A stretch of 64,000 nucleotides of DNA from a virus (IMGVR_UViG_3300003323_001359:1-64000); one strand, 5' to 3'. Counted from the first letter of the stretch, positions 1 through 8,879 are shown. Notes: a model not told the origin generated them from the sequence alone. Numbers and translations: made by a program.

Positions 1-740
1 CCAGCGCCGGGCTGCTGCTCACGCCGTCGTCGCTGCCGATCACGGGTGCCGCGCGGCTCACCGGCACCGCCTCGGTTGCCACCCGTGCCACCTCGACTGC
101 CACGCGTGCCACCTCGATCGGCACCCCTGCCATCGGCATCGGTGCCACGGTGCCACGGTCGATGGCGACGCTCGGTGTCACCCGTGCCATCGCCGCCTCG
201 CCGCCGTCGCCTGCTGGCACCCGTATCACCGCCGTTGGCACCCGTGTCACGGTGAGCGTTGGCACCTCGCCGATGGTTGGCACCGTTGCCGCTGGCGCCC
301 GTGCCACCTCGGTTTCCGGAGGTTGTGCCACCGACACGGTTGGCACCCGTGCCCGTGCCAGCGGCACCCTGGCCGGTGCCACGACGGTTGGTACCGCCGC
401 GACGGCTCAGTGAGCCGGAGCCGAAGAGGTACCACAGGGCGAGAGCGAGACCCACCATCACGATCAACCCACCGGCCACGAGCATGGCCAGCTCCGGAGA
501 CTGCATCCACAGCAGCACGCTACCCACCAGGGCGATCAGCAGCCCCAGGGTCAGCGACAGGTGCCACGTGGGACGACCCGTGCTCGGCCTCGGCTTGGGA
601 CCGGCAGCCGGCGCGTCTGTCTTGGTCTCGGCCCTCTCGTCCTTGGTCTCCTCGCCCTCAGCCAGGTCGGTGGGGGTCACCGGTGCCGCTGCAGCGAACA
701 CCGAGGTCTCACCCTTCTCGAGCTCCTCGCTCACCGTCAT
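1..740 (-). CDS. Membrane protein with two TM helices and a Gly/Arg/Thr-rich tail (runs off the left edge, partial)
   Basis: ATG at 740 after GAGGAGG; reads MTVSEELEKGE...LSLTLGLLIALVGSVLLW...LIVMVGLALALWYLFG, open to base 1; not in the ORF track because its stop lies outside the window. Confidence 0.7.
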   Translation of the reverse strand, partial: MTVSEELEKGETSVFAAAAPVTPTDLAEGEETKDERAETKTDAPAAGPKPRPSTGRPTWHLSLTLGLLIALVGSVLLWMQSPELAMLVAGGLIVMVGLALALWYLFGSGSLSRRGGTNRRGTGQGAAGTGTGANRVGGTTSGNRGGTGASGNGANHRRGANAHRDTGANGGDTGASRRRRRGGDGTGDTERRHRPWHRGTDADGRGADRGGTRGSRGGTGGNRGGAGEPRGTRDRQRRRREQQPGA

Positions 741-1200
741 CACCTCCTCAGTGATACCACCTTATCACATCAACTGATGAAGATGGCAGTGACATCGGTC
801 GTCGTGTCACGTGTCAGACGTGTCAGTGCCACCGACACCCGCTGGCATCGGTGGCACCGATCTGGGGACTCAACGTGGTCAAGAGACGAGCCGCTCCCTG
901 GCCGCGCGCAGCCGACGAGCCGCGGTGGAGTGTGTCATGTTGAACCTCTTCTGGACCATCTTGACGGTGACGGCGTTCACGCCGTCCCTCTCGATCAGCT
1001 TGAGGATGGCCTCGATCTCGAGGTTGGCACTGCCGCTTCGGGGTGCCAGTGCCACGGGACGTGGCACGAGTGACACGGCAGGAGGTGTCACCTCCTCGGT
1101 GTCACCGACGCTCTCAGGGGTGTCAACCGTGGTGTCAGTGTCAGTGTCAGTGTCAGTGTCGGTGTCAGCTGACACCTGCTCGATGGCATCTGACACCTCG
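80..1200. repeat. Dense field of GTGYCA/TGRCAC hexamers
   Basis: About 38 exact copies counted by eye, including a tandem GTGTCA run at about 1132-1167 and a cluster in the 780-860 intergenic gap. Confidence 0.85.
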
Positions 1201-2018
1201 AACGGCATCGGGTACCTCAGGTCGTGGATCCTCTCCGCGTTCGCGGCCAGCTTCATCGAGTTGATGAACAGCTTGAGGGTCTCGGGATCGTTCGCGACGT
1301 CGGCTCGAGCCAGCAACTTGATGAACTTGCGTCGCCTACGCGGCTTGCCGTCACCGGTCATGAAGACGCGCACGGCGCTCGCGACGGCGTGCTGACGAGC
1401 GATCACCTTGGCGTCTCGTTCCTCGTCGCTGAGACCCAGGAAGGCGAGCACGCGCTCCCTCAGCTCACGCGTGACGCGCACCCACACGGAGTCATCCTTG
1501 ATCCTTAGGCTGCGGATCTCGATGCCGAGCGCGAGGTGAAGCATGACCAGCGACAGGATGGGTCCCAGCACGACTCGCGCGATGCCGATCCACGGGCCGC
1601 TGAGGCTCCACGCCATGTAGGCGGACACGGCGCAGAGAAACCACGCGATCAGACGAGCCGGCCCCGGCTTGCCGTGCTCACGGATGGACGCGCGCATGCC
1701 CCAGCCGCACGCGACCTGAGCGAGCTCCAGAACGAAGAACATGATGCCTCGTTCCACGACGTCGTCAACGTGCAGCACCTCACCGAAGTAGCTCCAGCTC
1801 GTGTTCAGGGACACGGTCATCCCCGCGAGCGCCGCGGCGTAGAACATCCCGGTGCCCGACGCGTCCGTGGGCTGCCGCGGTCGACGGGCCCACGCGATGA
1901 CGCTCAGCACGGTGGAGCGCAGCAGCCACAGCGTCAGCAGCGCCAGCGCGCCGTACCCGAGACCCACGAGCCACGGGCTGAGGTAGATCATCGACGCCCA
2001 TAGGGCGGACAGGCTCAC
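879..2018 (-). CDS. DUF2637/Spd-like multi-TM protein with C-terminal winged-HTH
   Basis: Several TM segments (LNTSWSYF, ELAQVACG, GPILSLVMLHLALGIE), DTDTDT linker, C-terminal VTVKMVQKRFNMTHSTAARRL resembling an FtsK-gamma-like wHTH. Confidence 0.6.
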   Translation of the reverse strand: MSLSALWASMIYLSPWLVGLGYGALALLTLWLLRSTVLSVIAWARRPRQPTDASGTGMFYAAALAGMTVSLNTSWSYFGEVLHVDDVVERGIMFFVLELAQVACGWGMRASIREHGKPGPARLIAWFLCAVSAYMAWSLSGPWIGIARVVLGPILSLVMLHLALGIEIRSLRIKDDSVWVRVTRELRERVLAFLGLSDEERDAKVIARQHAVASAVRVFMTGDGKPRRRRKFIKLLARADVANDPETLKLFINSMKLAANAERIHDLRYPMPFEVSDAIEQVSADTDTDTDTDTDTTVDTPESVGDTEEVTPPAVSLVPRPVALAPRSGSANLEIEAILKLIERDGVNAVTVKMVQKRFNMTHSTAARRLRAARERLVS

Positions 2019-2086
2019 GATCGCTCCCTTCCTCGTTCACGTTCCGACAGGTGTTTACAATACCGCATCAAGTTGCAGAGATACAG

Positions 2087-2119
2087 CGAGGGGCGGATCC
2101 GCTCGGGATCCGCCCCTCG
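2087..2119. terminator. Intrinsic terminator-like hairpin
   Basis: 14-bp perfect stem CGAGGGGCGGATCC/GGATCCGCCCCTCG just downstream of the leftward operon. Confidence 0.7.
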
Positions 2120-2126
2120 TTCTCGG

Positions 2127-2315
2127 TCAGCTCTCGTCGTCGTTGAGAACCTCGTTCGGGTCGACGTCGAGGTCGATGAGTCTCAGCCGAAGCGTGTCGT
2201 TCTGCCTGGTCAGCCGCTCGTTGGTGCGGGTGAGGTGACGGTTGTGGGCCCGCTCCTCACGGAGCCTCGCGGTCAGTCGAGTGATCGTTCGCGTGCACCA
2301 CCGGATGATGCTCAC
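2127..2315 (-). CDS. Hypothetical coiled-coil protein
   Basis: GTG overlaps the upstream stop (GTGA); operon packing. Confidence 0.5.
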   Translation of the reverse strand: MSIIRWCTRTITRLTARLREERAHNRHLTRTNERLTRQNDTLRLRLIDLDVDPNEVLNDDES

Positions 2316-2509
2316 GGCTGGATCACCCGGACGTACCACCGGCCCCTCTTCAGCCAGTCATCGGTGTTCGTGGGGAGCTGGATGGTGCCGTCGCTCAGCA
2401 GCTGGAACGTCTCGACGCAGTCACCCTCGTACCTGACCTCGAGACCGACGGCGTCCACGCGCACCCACGTTCCCGGTGCGACGTCGATGAGCGTGACTTC
2501 CTCAATCAC
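2312..2509 (-). CDS. Hypothetical protein
   Basis: RBS GGGAG, GC3-rich frame, operon packing. Confidence 0.6.
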   Translation of the reverse strand: MIEEVTLIDVAPGTWVRVDAVGLEVRYEGDCVETFQLLSDGTIQLPTNTDDWLKRGRWYVRVIQP

Positions 2510-2520
2510 GGTGGTCTCCC

Positions 2521-3009
2521 TCAGTCGCAGGCGCTCGTCTCGAGGCGCTCGGGAAGGTCGGCGTCCTTCCAGTCCTCAGTCAGGTAGCCCCGCGAGTCGG
2601 TGTTGTACTGGTTCACCGTGTTCAGGCACTGCTGCCGCAGGCCGGTCACGTTGGTGACCAGCGACTGCCGCGCCTGGACGTCCTGCATCCCCATCAGGCC
2701 GTCCTCGCTCGTGAGGTTCGGGTGCAGCTTGTCGAAGTCGGCGAGGTCCTGCCTGGCCTGAGCGATCTTCTGCGTGAACGCGGTGACGTCGTTCGCCTCA
2801 CGGTGGAACGCGACTTGCGCCGCGACCCAGTTCGACGCCGAGTTCTTCTGCCGGTAGGCGTCGCCCTGCCCCCACCAGTAGGAGAACCCGGTCGCGAGGC
2901 CCCAGCCCAGCGCGATCACCGCGAACCCAGCGAGCACGGCGAGGATGAGCAGCCCGAACCCGGTGCTCAGGGGCCGCCTGTCCAGCGACCGCTCCCAGTT
3001 GTAGCCCAT
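2521..3009 (-). CDS. Single-TM membrane protein with coiled coil
   Basis: MGYNW start abuts the upstream stop; hydrophobic FGLLILAVLAGFAVIALGWGLA. Confidence 0.7.
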   Translation of the reverse strand: MGYNWERSLDRRPLSTGFGLLILAVLAGFAVIALGWGLATGFSYWWGQGDAYRQKNSASNWVAAQVAFHREANDVTAFTQKIAQARQDLADFDKLHPNLTSEDGLMGMQDVQARQSLVTNVTGLRQQCLNTVNQYNTDSRGYLTEDWKDADLPERLETSACD

Positions 3010-3614
3010 CACTTGCCTCCGATCTTCGCGAGGCCGCCCTTGTCCAGCGGCGACCCCTGGTTCGCGTTGTAGGTGATGACCGGCTGGGTGCTGAAGGTCA
3101 TCGGGGTATCGGACTCGACCGCGGACAGGCCGTTGCACGGCAGCCGGATCTCGTTGCCGGACGTGGTGAAGAAGTCGTAGCAGAACGGCTCCGGGCCCCA
3201 CGTGCCGTTGTCACCCGGCGCGTCGACGACGCCGCTGCCGCCGTTGCTGGACCACGAGATGGACTGGCTGTTGGTCATCTGGCTGTCGGGCGAGAAGACC
3301 ATGCCCTTGATGGTCCACTGCGCGACGAGAGCGCCGGTCATCGGCACGATCCAGTACACGTAGTGGATCGCGTTCGGGTCGTTCTGCCGGAGCAGGTGCT
3401 CCTTCAGGAGGGTGCGCTCGGTCCAACCGCCGGCGTCCATCTGGCTCAACGGGTAGGGCACCGCGTTTTGGGCGTGCTGAGAGTACTGCTCGGTGACCTG
3501 CTGAGCCTGGCTCTGCGCGCTGCCGGTGCCGCACGAGTCGGCCATCAGGGCGATGGGCAGGACGCCCACGGCGACCAGCGTGGTCAGCACCCTCTGTCGA
3601 CGGGTCAGCTTCAT
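3009..3614 (-). CDS. Putative lipoprotein
   Basis: Basic N-terminus, hydrophobic stretch, then LMADSC (atypical lipobox). Confidence 0.65.
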   Translation of the reverse strand: MKLTRRQRVLTTLVAVGVLPIALMADSCGTGSAQSQAQQVTEQYSQHAQNAVPYPLSQMDAGGWTERTLLKEHLLRQNDPNAIHYVYWIVPMTGALVAQWTIKGMVFSPDSQMTNSQSISWSSNGGSGVVDAPGDNGTWGPEPFCYDFFTTSGNEIRLPCNGLSAVESDTPMTFSTQPVITYNANQGSPLDKGGLAKIGGK

Positions 3615-3868
3615 TCCTCAGTTCCTTCCTGGGTGGGGAGCGGCGTGCGCCGCGCCCGGACTCTGTCATCAACCTTGACGCGGAGCTGCGTCTCGTCCTC
3701 GAACGTGAACAGCACGATGCCGTTCTCCTCGTCGCGCTGCTTGCGCCTGACGCGTCGCCAGACGCCGTCCGGCGGCTCAACCTGGATCTCGTAGCCAGTC
3801 TTCACCTTGACCGCGACGCGGTTGTACTCGGGAAGCTCGCCGTAGCGAACCGCGTGGTGTCGCGCCAC
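3611..3868 (-). CDS. Hypothetical protein
   Basis: Operon packing, GC3 bias. Confidence 0.6.
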   Translation of the reverse strand: MARHHAVRYGELPEYNRVAVKVKTGYEIQVEPPDGVWRRVRRKQRDEENGIVLFTFEDETQLRVKVDDRVRARRTPLPTQEGTEE

Positions 3869-3869
3869 G

Positions 3870-4301
3870 TCAGTCCCCTCTCGTGGGCCACACGTACGGC
3901 AGGTCGAGCGGCACGTCCGGCCACAGCGCGCCGTAGTGCTCGGGGTTCTTGCGGATCAGGTTGGAACGGTGGCTGCGGTGAAACGCGACGTCGCCGAGCC
4001 ACGGTGGGTCGACGTCGAACCGCGGCGGCACCCCGTACTCGAGCGCCAGATCGAGGGTCTTGCCCCAGCACGTGTCCCGGTAGCCGCGCTCGGTCCACTC
4101 CTGGCAGATCACGGCCTGGTAGCGAAGGAGGACGGGCTCGTAGCCGCGCCACATCCTGGTCGCGGGATGGTTGACCCAGCCCCCACCGGTCAGGAGCGCC
4201 GTCATGATCTGCAGCGTCTCGACGCGCTGCTTGCCGAGGCGCTGACGGTCGAGCGACCGCGCCGTCTCACCGAAGTCGACGTCGGGAAGAAAGGTCTGCA
4301 C
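3870..4301 (-). CDS. Pyrimidine-dimer DNA glycosylase family (MSMEG_6728-like)
   Basis: MQTFLP...LDRQRLGKQRVETLQI...NHPATRMWRG...HRSHRSNLIRK...YVWP signature. Confidence 0.85.
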   Translation of the reverse strand: MQTFLPDVDFGETARSLDRQRLGKQRVETLQIMTALLTGGGWVNHPATRMWRGYEPVLLRYQAVICQEWTERGYRDTCWGKTLDLALEYGVPPRFDVDPPWLGDVAFHRSHRSNLIRKNPEHYGALWPDVPLDLPYVWPTRGD

Positions 4302-4309
4302 GTCACCCT

Positions 4310-4786
4310 CTAGAAGTAGTCCGCGGTCAGGAACCACGTGGGGGTCGGGTGCGTGGGCCTCAGGTTGAGCGTCTCGAACGCCCTCTCGAACTGCAGCACG
4401 AGCTGCTCGTTGCAGGCGATCCGTCCGACGACCTCGAGGTCAACCGCTGAGGTGTCGCCCCACTCGGCGTCGAACTGCGGCTCCTTGAGAACCAGGGCGA
4501 ACGAGTTGAGATCGTAGCCGTGGGAGTGCACCTCGAGGCCGGCGCTGAGCGGCTTTCCCGTGACGTCGAAGGTCACGGAGTCGAGATGCTTGAGTCCGAG
4601 CTCCATCACCTCGGTGTAGCTGAGGTCGTCCCACTCGTCGATCTGATCCTCGGTCAGCCACGGGAGGTCCGTGGGCTCGAGGGACGCGTACCCCAGCTCG
4701 TCCTTGGGTTCCCGCAGGAGCCAGCCCTCGTCGCTGCCGCCGAGCGGCACCCCGAACACGAGGTGACCGTGCGCGTTCTGTCCCAT
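4310..4786 (-). CDS. Hypothetical protein
   Basis: RBS GAGGTGAGG before MGQNAH. Confidence 0.65.
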   Translation of the reverse strand: MGQNAHGHLVFGVPLGGSDEGWLLREPKDELGYASLEPTDLPWLTEDQIDEWDDLSYTEVMELGLKHLDSVTFDVTGKPLSAGLEVHSHGYDLNSFALVLKEPQFDAEWGDTSAVDLEVVGRIACNEQLVLQFERAFETLNLRPTHPTPTWFLTADYF

Positions 4787-4857
4787 CCTCACCTCTCTCG
4801 ACACAATTCATCAATGATGCCTGTGACCGTATCGCCGCTCGCGACGCTCGTCCAGGG

Positions 4858-5043
4858 CTAGATCTCGTCGCAGATGTCCTGCAGGCAGTTCTCACAGAGG
4901 TACCGCAGGATCGTACGGCCGTTGACGTCCGACTCGTAGGGATCCACGTAGCGCTCACCCGTGCCGGTGCAGCGGCTGCCGCTCTCCGAGCACCGCGCGA
5001 CCAGCGGCAACGACCAGCGACCGGTTGTCTCCACGTCGCTCAT
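4858..5043 (-). CDS. Small Cys-rich (Zn-binding) protein
   Basis: C..C...DPY...LCENC pattern. Confidence 0.6.
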   Translation of the reverse strand: MSDVETTGRWSLPLVARCSESGSRCTGTGERYVDPYESDVNGRTILRYLCENCLQDICDEI

Positions 5044-5270
5044 CCCTCCCGGTAGTCCACGACCACGATCTCCGCCTCGGAGCCGTGCGCGACCCCGAGC
5101 TCCCGGGCCTCAGCGAAGGCCGGCGACCGCCAGCGATCCCCGTTCTCGGACCGATGCCGGCTGCTCGCGACCAGGTCACGGGCCGCGGTCTCGTTCAGCG
5201 CGATCACGACCGCCTGGTTGAGCTCACCGCGGTCGACGTGACCCAACCGGTCGAGGTGGAAGATCCTCAC
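5040..5270 (-). CDS. Hypothetical protein
   Basis: Operon packing. Confidence 0.55.
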   Translation of the reverse strand: MRIFHLDRLGHVDRGELNQAVVIALNETAARDLVASSRHRSENGDRWRSPAFAEARELGVAHGSEAEIVVVDYREG

Positions 5271-5288
5271 GACCCTCGCTCCTTATAT

Positions 5289-5657
5289 CTAGTAGATCGA
5301 GGCGACGCGAGCGAACTCTCGAGCCGCGGTCGGGTCCTTGGGACGGAACTCGTGGAGGTGACGAAAGAACTCGTCACGGGTGTACTTCTTCACCGGGACG
5401 GTCTTGTAGCCGTGCCGCGAGTGCGCGTGCAGCTTGATCTCGGTCTGGCCGGTCGTCGAGGTGGTGACGCCGCGGGAGAACTGCGGCGCGAAGCGACGCG
5501 CGGTGTCCTCGTCGATGCCGACCCGCTCCAGCCAGACGCGCGCCGGCTGCGGCTCGCCGCTCTCGGTGAGACGGTGGATGCGGTTCAGGTGGCGGGTCGC
5601 CGCCGCGAGCTCGCGCCGGATCCGCTGCAGCCGCCTGCGCTCGGACCTCTTCGACAT
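5289..5657 (-). CDS. Hypothetical basic protein, first gene of the leftward operon
   Basis: Directly downstream of a TTTACA promoter, strong RBS. Confidence 0.7.
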   Translation of the reverse strand: MSKRSERRRLQRIRRELAAATRHLNRIHRLTESGEPQPARVWLERVGIDEDTARRFAPQFSRGVTTSTTGQTEIKLHAHSRHGYKTVPVKKYTRDEFFRHLHEFRPKDPTAAREFARVASIY

Positions 5658-5694
5658 CCGTGGTCTCCCTCCGTGGTTCCTCGTTCCTGGGACT

Positions 5695-5723
5695 ACCGTA
5701 CCACCCTGAGAGGGAGATGTAAA
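5695..5723 (-). promoter_or_regulatory. SigA-like promoter TTTACA-N17-TACGGT
   Basis: Member of a promoter family repeated at least 9 times in the window. Confidence 0.8.
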
Positions 5724-5782
5724 CAGTAATCTTAGCTGAACATCGTTGTCATCAACCTTGCGTCGCTGGTACGATGTTCACC

Positions 5783-6445
5783 ATGGATGACGTGAAGACC
5801 CTTCCCCCGCTCAAGCAGCGGGTCGCCAGCTACCCGCTCAGCTTCCTCGCGGTGCGCCACGTCGTGCTCGAGCCCGACACGCCCAACGAGCGAGCGCTCG
5901 TCTACGCGTGGGACGCCTGCGCGGCTCTCGGTGTGGATCTCAACGAGATCTCGACGCTCGACCCTCAGGAGGTGAGCAAGGTCGACGTCTACGAGGGCCA
6001 GCAGCTCACCGAGTCGGTTCTCCTGACCACGGCGGGCGTTCGACGGCTCGCCGGCCTGGACGGTGATCCCGAGCGTTCCCGGTTCGTGACCTGGGTTGAG
6101 ACCGAGCTTCTTCCTCGCCGCACCGGCCACCGCGCACCCAACCCGAACCGCACCAAGTGGGGCTGGCAGCCCATCCGCGACCTCGTCCGTGACCACGGCT
6201 ACACCGCGCGACGGTTCACCGAGGAGGCCAACGCGCTCGACCTGCCCGGTGTCGATCACTTCAACCAGGGTAACTACATCGCGTGGGCCTACGGCGGCTG
6301 CCTGCCGGCGGAGTCCCTCGTCAGGCGAGCCTGCGTCCTGCTCGGCGTGAACGAGAACGAGCTGTTCAACGCCGACGTCCTCGCCGCCTACCCGAGCCGC
6401 GGCCGCGGCCGCCGTCGGCGCCGCGTTGAGGAGGCTCGCGGGTGA
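5783..6445 (+). CDS. BRO-N-like plus C-terminal HTH regulator (probably leaderless)
   Basis: DACAALG...LLTTAGVRRL...RFVTWVETELLP (BRO-N-like); XRE-like C-terminus; TTGTCA-N18-TACGAT ends 7 nt before ATG 5783; divergent from the 5695 promoter. Confidence 0.65.
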   Translation: MDDVKTLPPLKQRVASYPLSFLAVRHVVLEPDTPNERALVYAWDACAALGVDLNEISTLDPQEVSKVDVYEGQQLTESVLLTTAGVRRLAGLDGDPERSRFVTWVETELLPRRTGHRAPNPNRTKWGWQPIRDLVRDHGYTARRFTEEANALDLPGVDHFNQGNYIAWAYGGCLPAESLVRRACVLLGVNENELFNADVLAAYPSRGRGRRRRRVEEARG

Positions 6446-6621
6446 GCGAGGATCCGAGCAGCCAGCCCGACATGTCACCGTTCGAGACGACGGAGGTGTC
6501 GAAGCTCGTGCAGGACGCGATCGCGATGCACGAGATCCTCACGTCCCTGATGAGGGGCGGTTGGACCGAGCGTCAGGCGATCATCTACCTCGTCGAGATG
6601 GGCCGACCGCGACGTGACTGA
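6442..6621 (+). CDS. Small hypothetical protein (59 aa)
   Basis: GTGA overlap; ...AMHEILTSLMRGGWTERQAIIYL...; below the ORF-track cutoff. Confidence 0.55.
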   Translation: MSEDPSSQPDMSPFETTEVSKLVQDAIAMHEILTSLMRGGWTERQAIIYLVEMGRPRRD

Positions 6622-7030
6622 CCGCAAGAGCCGACCCGCGAAGCGAGTCCCCGACCCTCTCACCGCGAGACGCGTCCGCTGGCGGTCCGAGATCGACGAG
6701 ACGGAGCTGACCGCCGCGTTCATGTATCTCACCCTTCTGATGGAGGATGACGTCGCGTCGATCATCGTAGAGAACTTCCGCAACCAGGTCGACACCCATC
6801 GTCGTCAGCCGCTCGATCTGCTTCGCGCCGCGGAGCTGCCGCTGCTGAAGCGCGACAACCCACACGTCACCGCGGAGCTCGTTCGCGTCGCCGGCGGTGC
6901 CCGGTTGACACCCGTGCTCTACCTGCGGGGCAACACGCGGCGACCGCCGGTCATCGTCACCGGCTACCACCGGATCTGTGCCTCGTACCACTGCGACCCC
7001 ACCGCCGACATCAACGTGAAGCTGGTGTGA
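6614..7030 (+). CDS. Hypothetical protein (possible ParB-like fold)
   Basis: TPVLY...VIVTGYHRIC resembles the ParB/Srx DGxHR motif. Confidence 0.55.
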   Translation: MTDRKSRPAKRVPDPLTARRVRWRSEIDETELTAAFMYLTLLMEDDVASIIVENFRNQVDTHRRQPLDLLRAAELPLLKRDNPHVTAELVRVAGGARLTPVLYLRGNTRRPPVIVTGYHRICASYHCDPTADINVKLV

Positions 7031-7713
7031 CCGTGACCAACGACCATCTGACCCTCCGTGGCGTCGCCCTGCGCGGTGACCGCCTCAAGCGCACCGAGGA
7101 GCTTCGCCGGGGCGTCACCTTCACCGACGACAGCGTCACGCTTCGCACCGTGCGTGACGAGCTGATCGGGCAGGCCGCGCTCGACCTCAACGACGAGGGG
7201 GACATCGTCGTTGAGGCAGTCGTGCCGATCGACCAGGTTGACAAGCTGAGCGGCTCACCGTACCTCTGCGTCGCGGCGCGCCTTCACGAGGACGAGCCGG
7301 CCGACCTCGGCTTCATCCTCGTCACGCCCTCCTCCGGTGACGCGCTGCAGCTGCCGTACCGGCTCACCCGCGTTCCCGAGGGATGCGAGGGGCAGCTGCG
7401 GCGCGAGGGCTACCGCCCGGTGCGGGTCGTGGATCAGGCGACGCTCGTGGAGCTCAGCCTCAACGAGCGAGGTCAGGTTGAGCCGAGCTGGGACGACGAG
7501 ACCACCCACGTCGAGTGGCAGCACGCGAGTGAGATCGACCACGTCGACGTGTCGAACGCGATCGCGCGGGCGCTCGGCCACGGGTCGTGGCACCAGCTCA
7601 CCGAGAGCGGCGACGAGGGTGACGTGGAGCTCGGCCGGCGGATCTTCATGGAGCTCAACCACCGGCGGATCTTCATGGAGCTCAACCACCTGGATCTGCG
7701 CGGCCGGCACTGA
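7027..7713 (+). CDS. Hypothetical protein
   Basis: GTGA overlap, GC3 bias. Confidence 0.6.
   Translation: MTVTNDHLTLRGVALRGDRLKRTEELRRGVTFTDDSVTLRTVRDELIGQAALDLNDEGDIVVEAVVPIDQVDKLSGSPYLCVAARLHEDEPADLGFILVTPSSGDALQLPYRLTRVPEGCEGQLRREGYRPVRVVDQATLVELSLNERGQVEPSWDDETTHVEWQHASEIDHVDVSNAIARALGHGSWHQLTESGDEGDVELGRRIFMELNHRRIFMELNHLDLRGRH
7635..7688 (+). repeat. Perfect 27-bp tandem duplication (in frame, RRIFMELNH x2)
   Basis: CCGGCGGATCTTCATGGAGCTCAACCA at 7635-7661 and 7662-7688. Confidence 0.95.
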
Positions 7714-7876
7714 CCTGCTAGGCTTGATCACGACGCGGAAGCCGGAACGAGCGGAGCGGTGTGGGAGCCCTGACCTGGTTGCTGATGATGCTGGTCGTCT
7801 TCCTGACCACGATCGTGGTGCTTCTGCTCGACGCGCTCGAGAGGGGCCCCAGCTCGAGAGCTGGGGCCCCGTCCGA

Positions 7877-8131
7877 TCACCGCAGCGCGAGCCGCGCCGC
7901 CACCGACACCGGGTCGTGGATCACGTTGATCCGGAAGCCGTTGTCGGCCGGTGACACCGTCCACGTCTCGGGGTCCTCACCGGGTGCCTCTCGCCAGCCT
8001 CCCCGCGCGATCAGGTCGATCGCCTTGGCTCGTGAGAACGCCTCGGACCACACGCCCTCGTAAACGCGCCCGGTCGAGTAGATCGTCACGGCCTTCCGGC
8101 CGCAGTCCAGGATCGCGACGCCGTGCCTCAT
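7877..8131 (-). CDS. Hypothetical protein
   Basis: ATGA overlap with the upstream gene. Confidence 0.55.
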   Translation of the reverse strand: MRHGVAILDCGRKAVTIYSTGRVYEGVWSEAFSRAKAIDLIARGGWREAPGEDPETWTVSPADNGFRINVIHDPVSVAARLALR

Positions 8132-8574
8132 CCCTCGTACCCCGTCGCGAACGCGAACAGGGTCGCCAGGTTGACCATCGCGACCGGCTCGCCGTCCTGC
8201 CTGAGGACGACGTGCAGCTCCTCGTGGTTCTTGCCGGCGAGGTCCTCGTTCTGGATGCCCCAGAAGCCGGCGTTGTCGAAGCTCCTGCCGCGAACCTCGA
8301 CGGTGATCTCCCGCTCGTCCGGCTCGTGCCAGTCGTTCCGCAGCCCGAGCCGCGCCCGCAGCTCCTCCAGCTCGAACCGTCGGTGGATCATCTTGACGTC
8401 GGGCTGGACGAAGACCTCGAGCTCGCTCCGGAAGAAGCTGAAGGTGTCGTCCTCGACGTCGAGGTAGACCCGGTAGGACCCGTCCTCGAGAACCTTGACG
8501 ACCGTTCCCTTGCTGCCCTCCGACGGGCCTCGGGTGATCTTGACGCGGGTGCCGAGCTTCAGCTGCTCGCTCAT
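8128..8574 (-). CDS. KOW/SH3-like domain protein
   Basis: LKLGTRVKITRGPSEGSKGTVVKV matches the KOW motif. Confidence 0.65.
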   Translation of the reverse strand: MSEQLKLGTRVKITRGPSEGSKGTVVKVLEDGSYRVYLDVEDDTFSFFRSELEVFVQPDVKMIHRRFELEELRARLGLRNDWHEPDEREITVEVRGRSFDNAGFWGIQNEDLAGKNHEELHVVLRQDGEPVAMVNLATLFAFATGYEG

Positions 8575-8606
8575 CTGGTTCCTCGCTTCCTGGTTCAGGT
8601 TCTCGA

Positions 8607-8879
8607 TCAACGATCGAAGGTGACGGGGCCGTGGATGTCCCCGCCGGTCTGGTAGGCGGTGCCGGTGACCGGGCCGTTGATGGTGTTGTTGACCACGCGA
8701 CGGTTGGCGTGCGCCGCCACGAGCTCCGTCTCGAGGTGCTCGCTGACCGGCCTGCCGGAGCCGATCCACGCGACGTCGAAGACCTTGACTCCCTTGCGCT
8801 TGCCCTTGTAGCTGATGATGACGCCCAGGTGCTCTCGTCGGGCGTCGCTCTTGCGGTAGACCTTGTCCGCCTCGTCCAC
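8607..8879 (-). CDS. Small protein with a C-terminal BASS-like amyloid-motif sequence
   Basis: GTG 8879 after GAGAGGA; C-terminus VNNTINGPVTGTAYQTGGDIHGPVTFDR. Confidence 0.6.
   Translation of the reverse strand: MDEADKVYRKSDARREHLGVIISYKGKRKGVKVFDVAWIGSGRPVSEHLETELVAAHANRRVVNNTINGPVTGTAYQTGGDIHGPVTFDR

Noticed and set aside
2054-2085. Plus-strand TTTACA as another family promoter
   Set aside because: No TAnnnT at 17-18 nt spacing, and it faces a terminator
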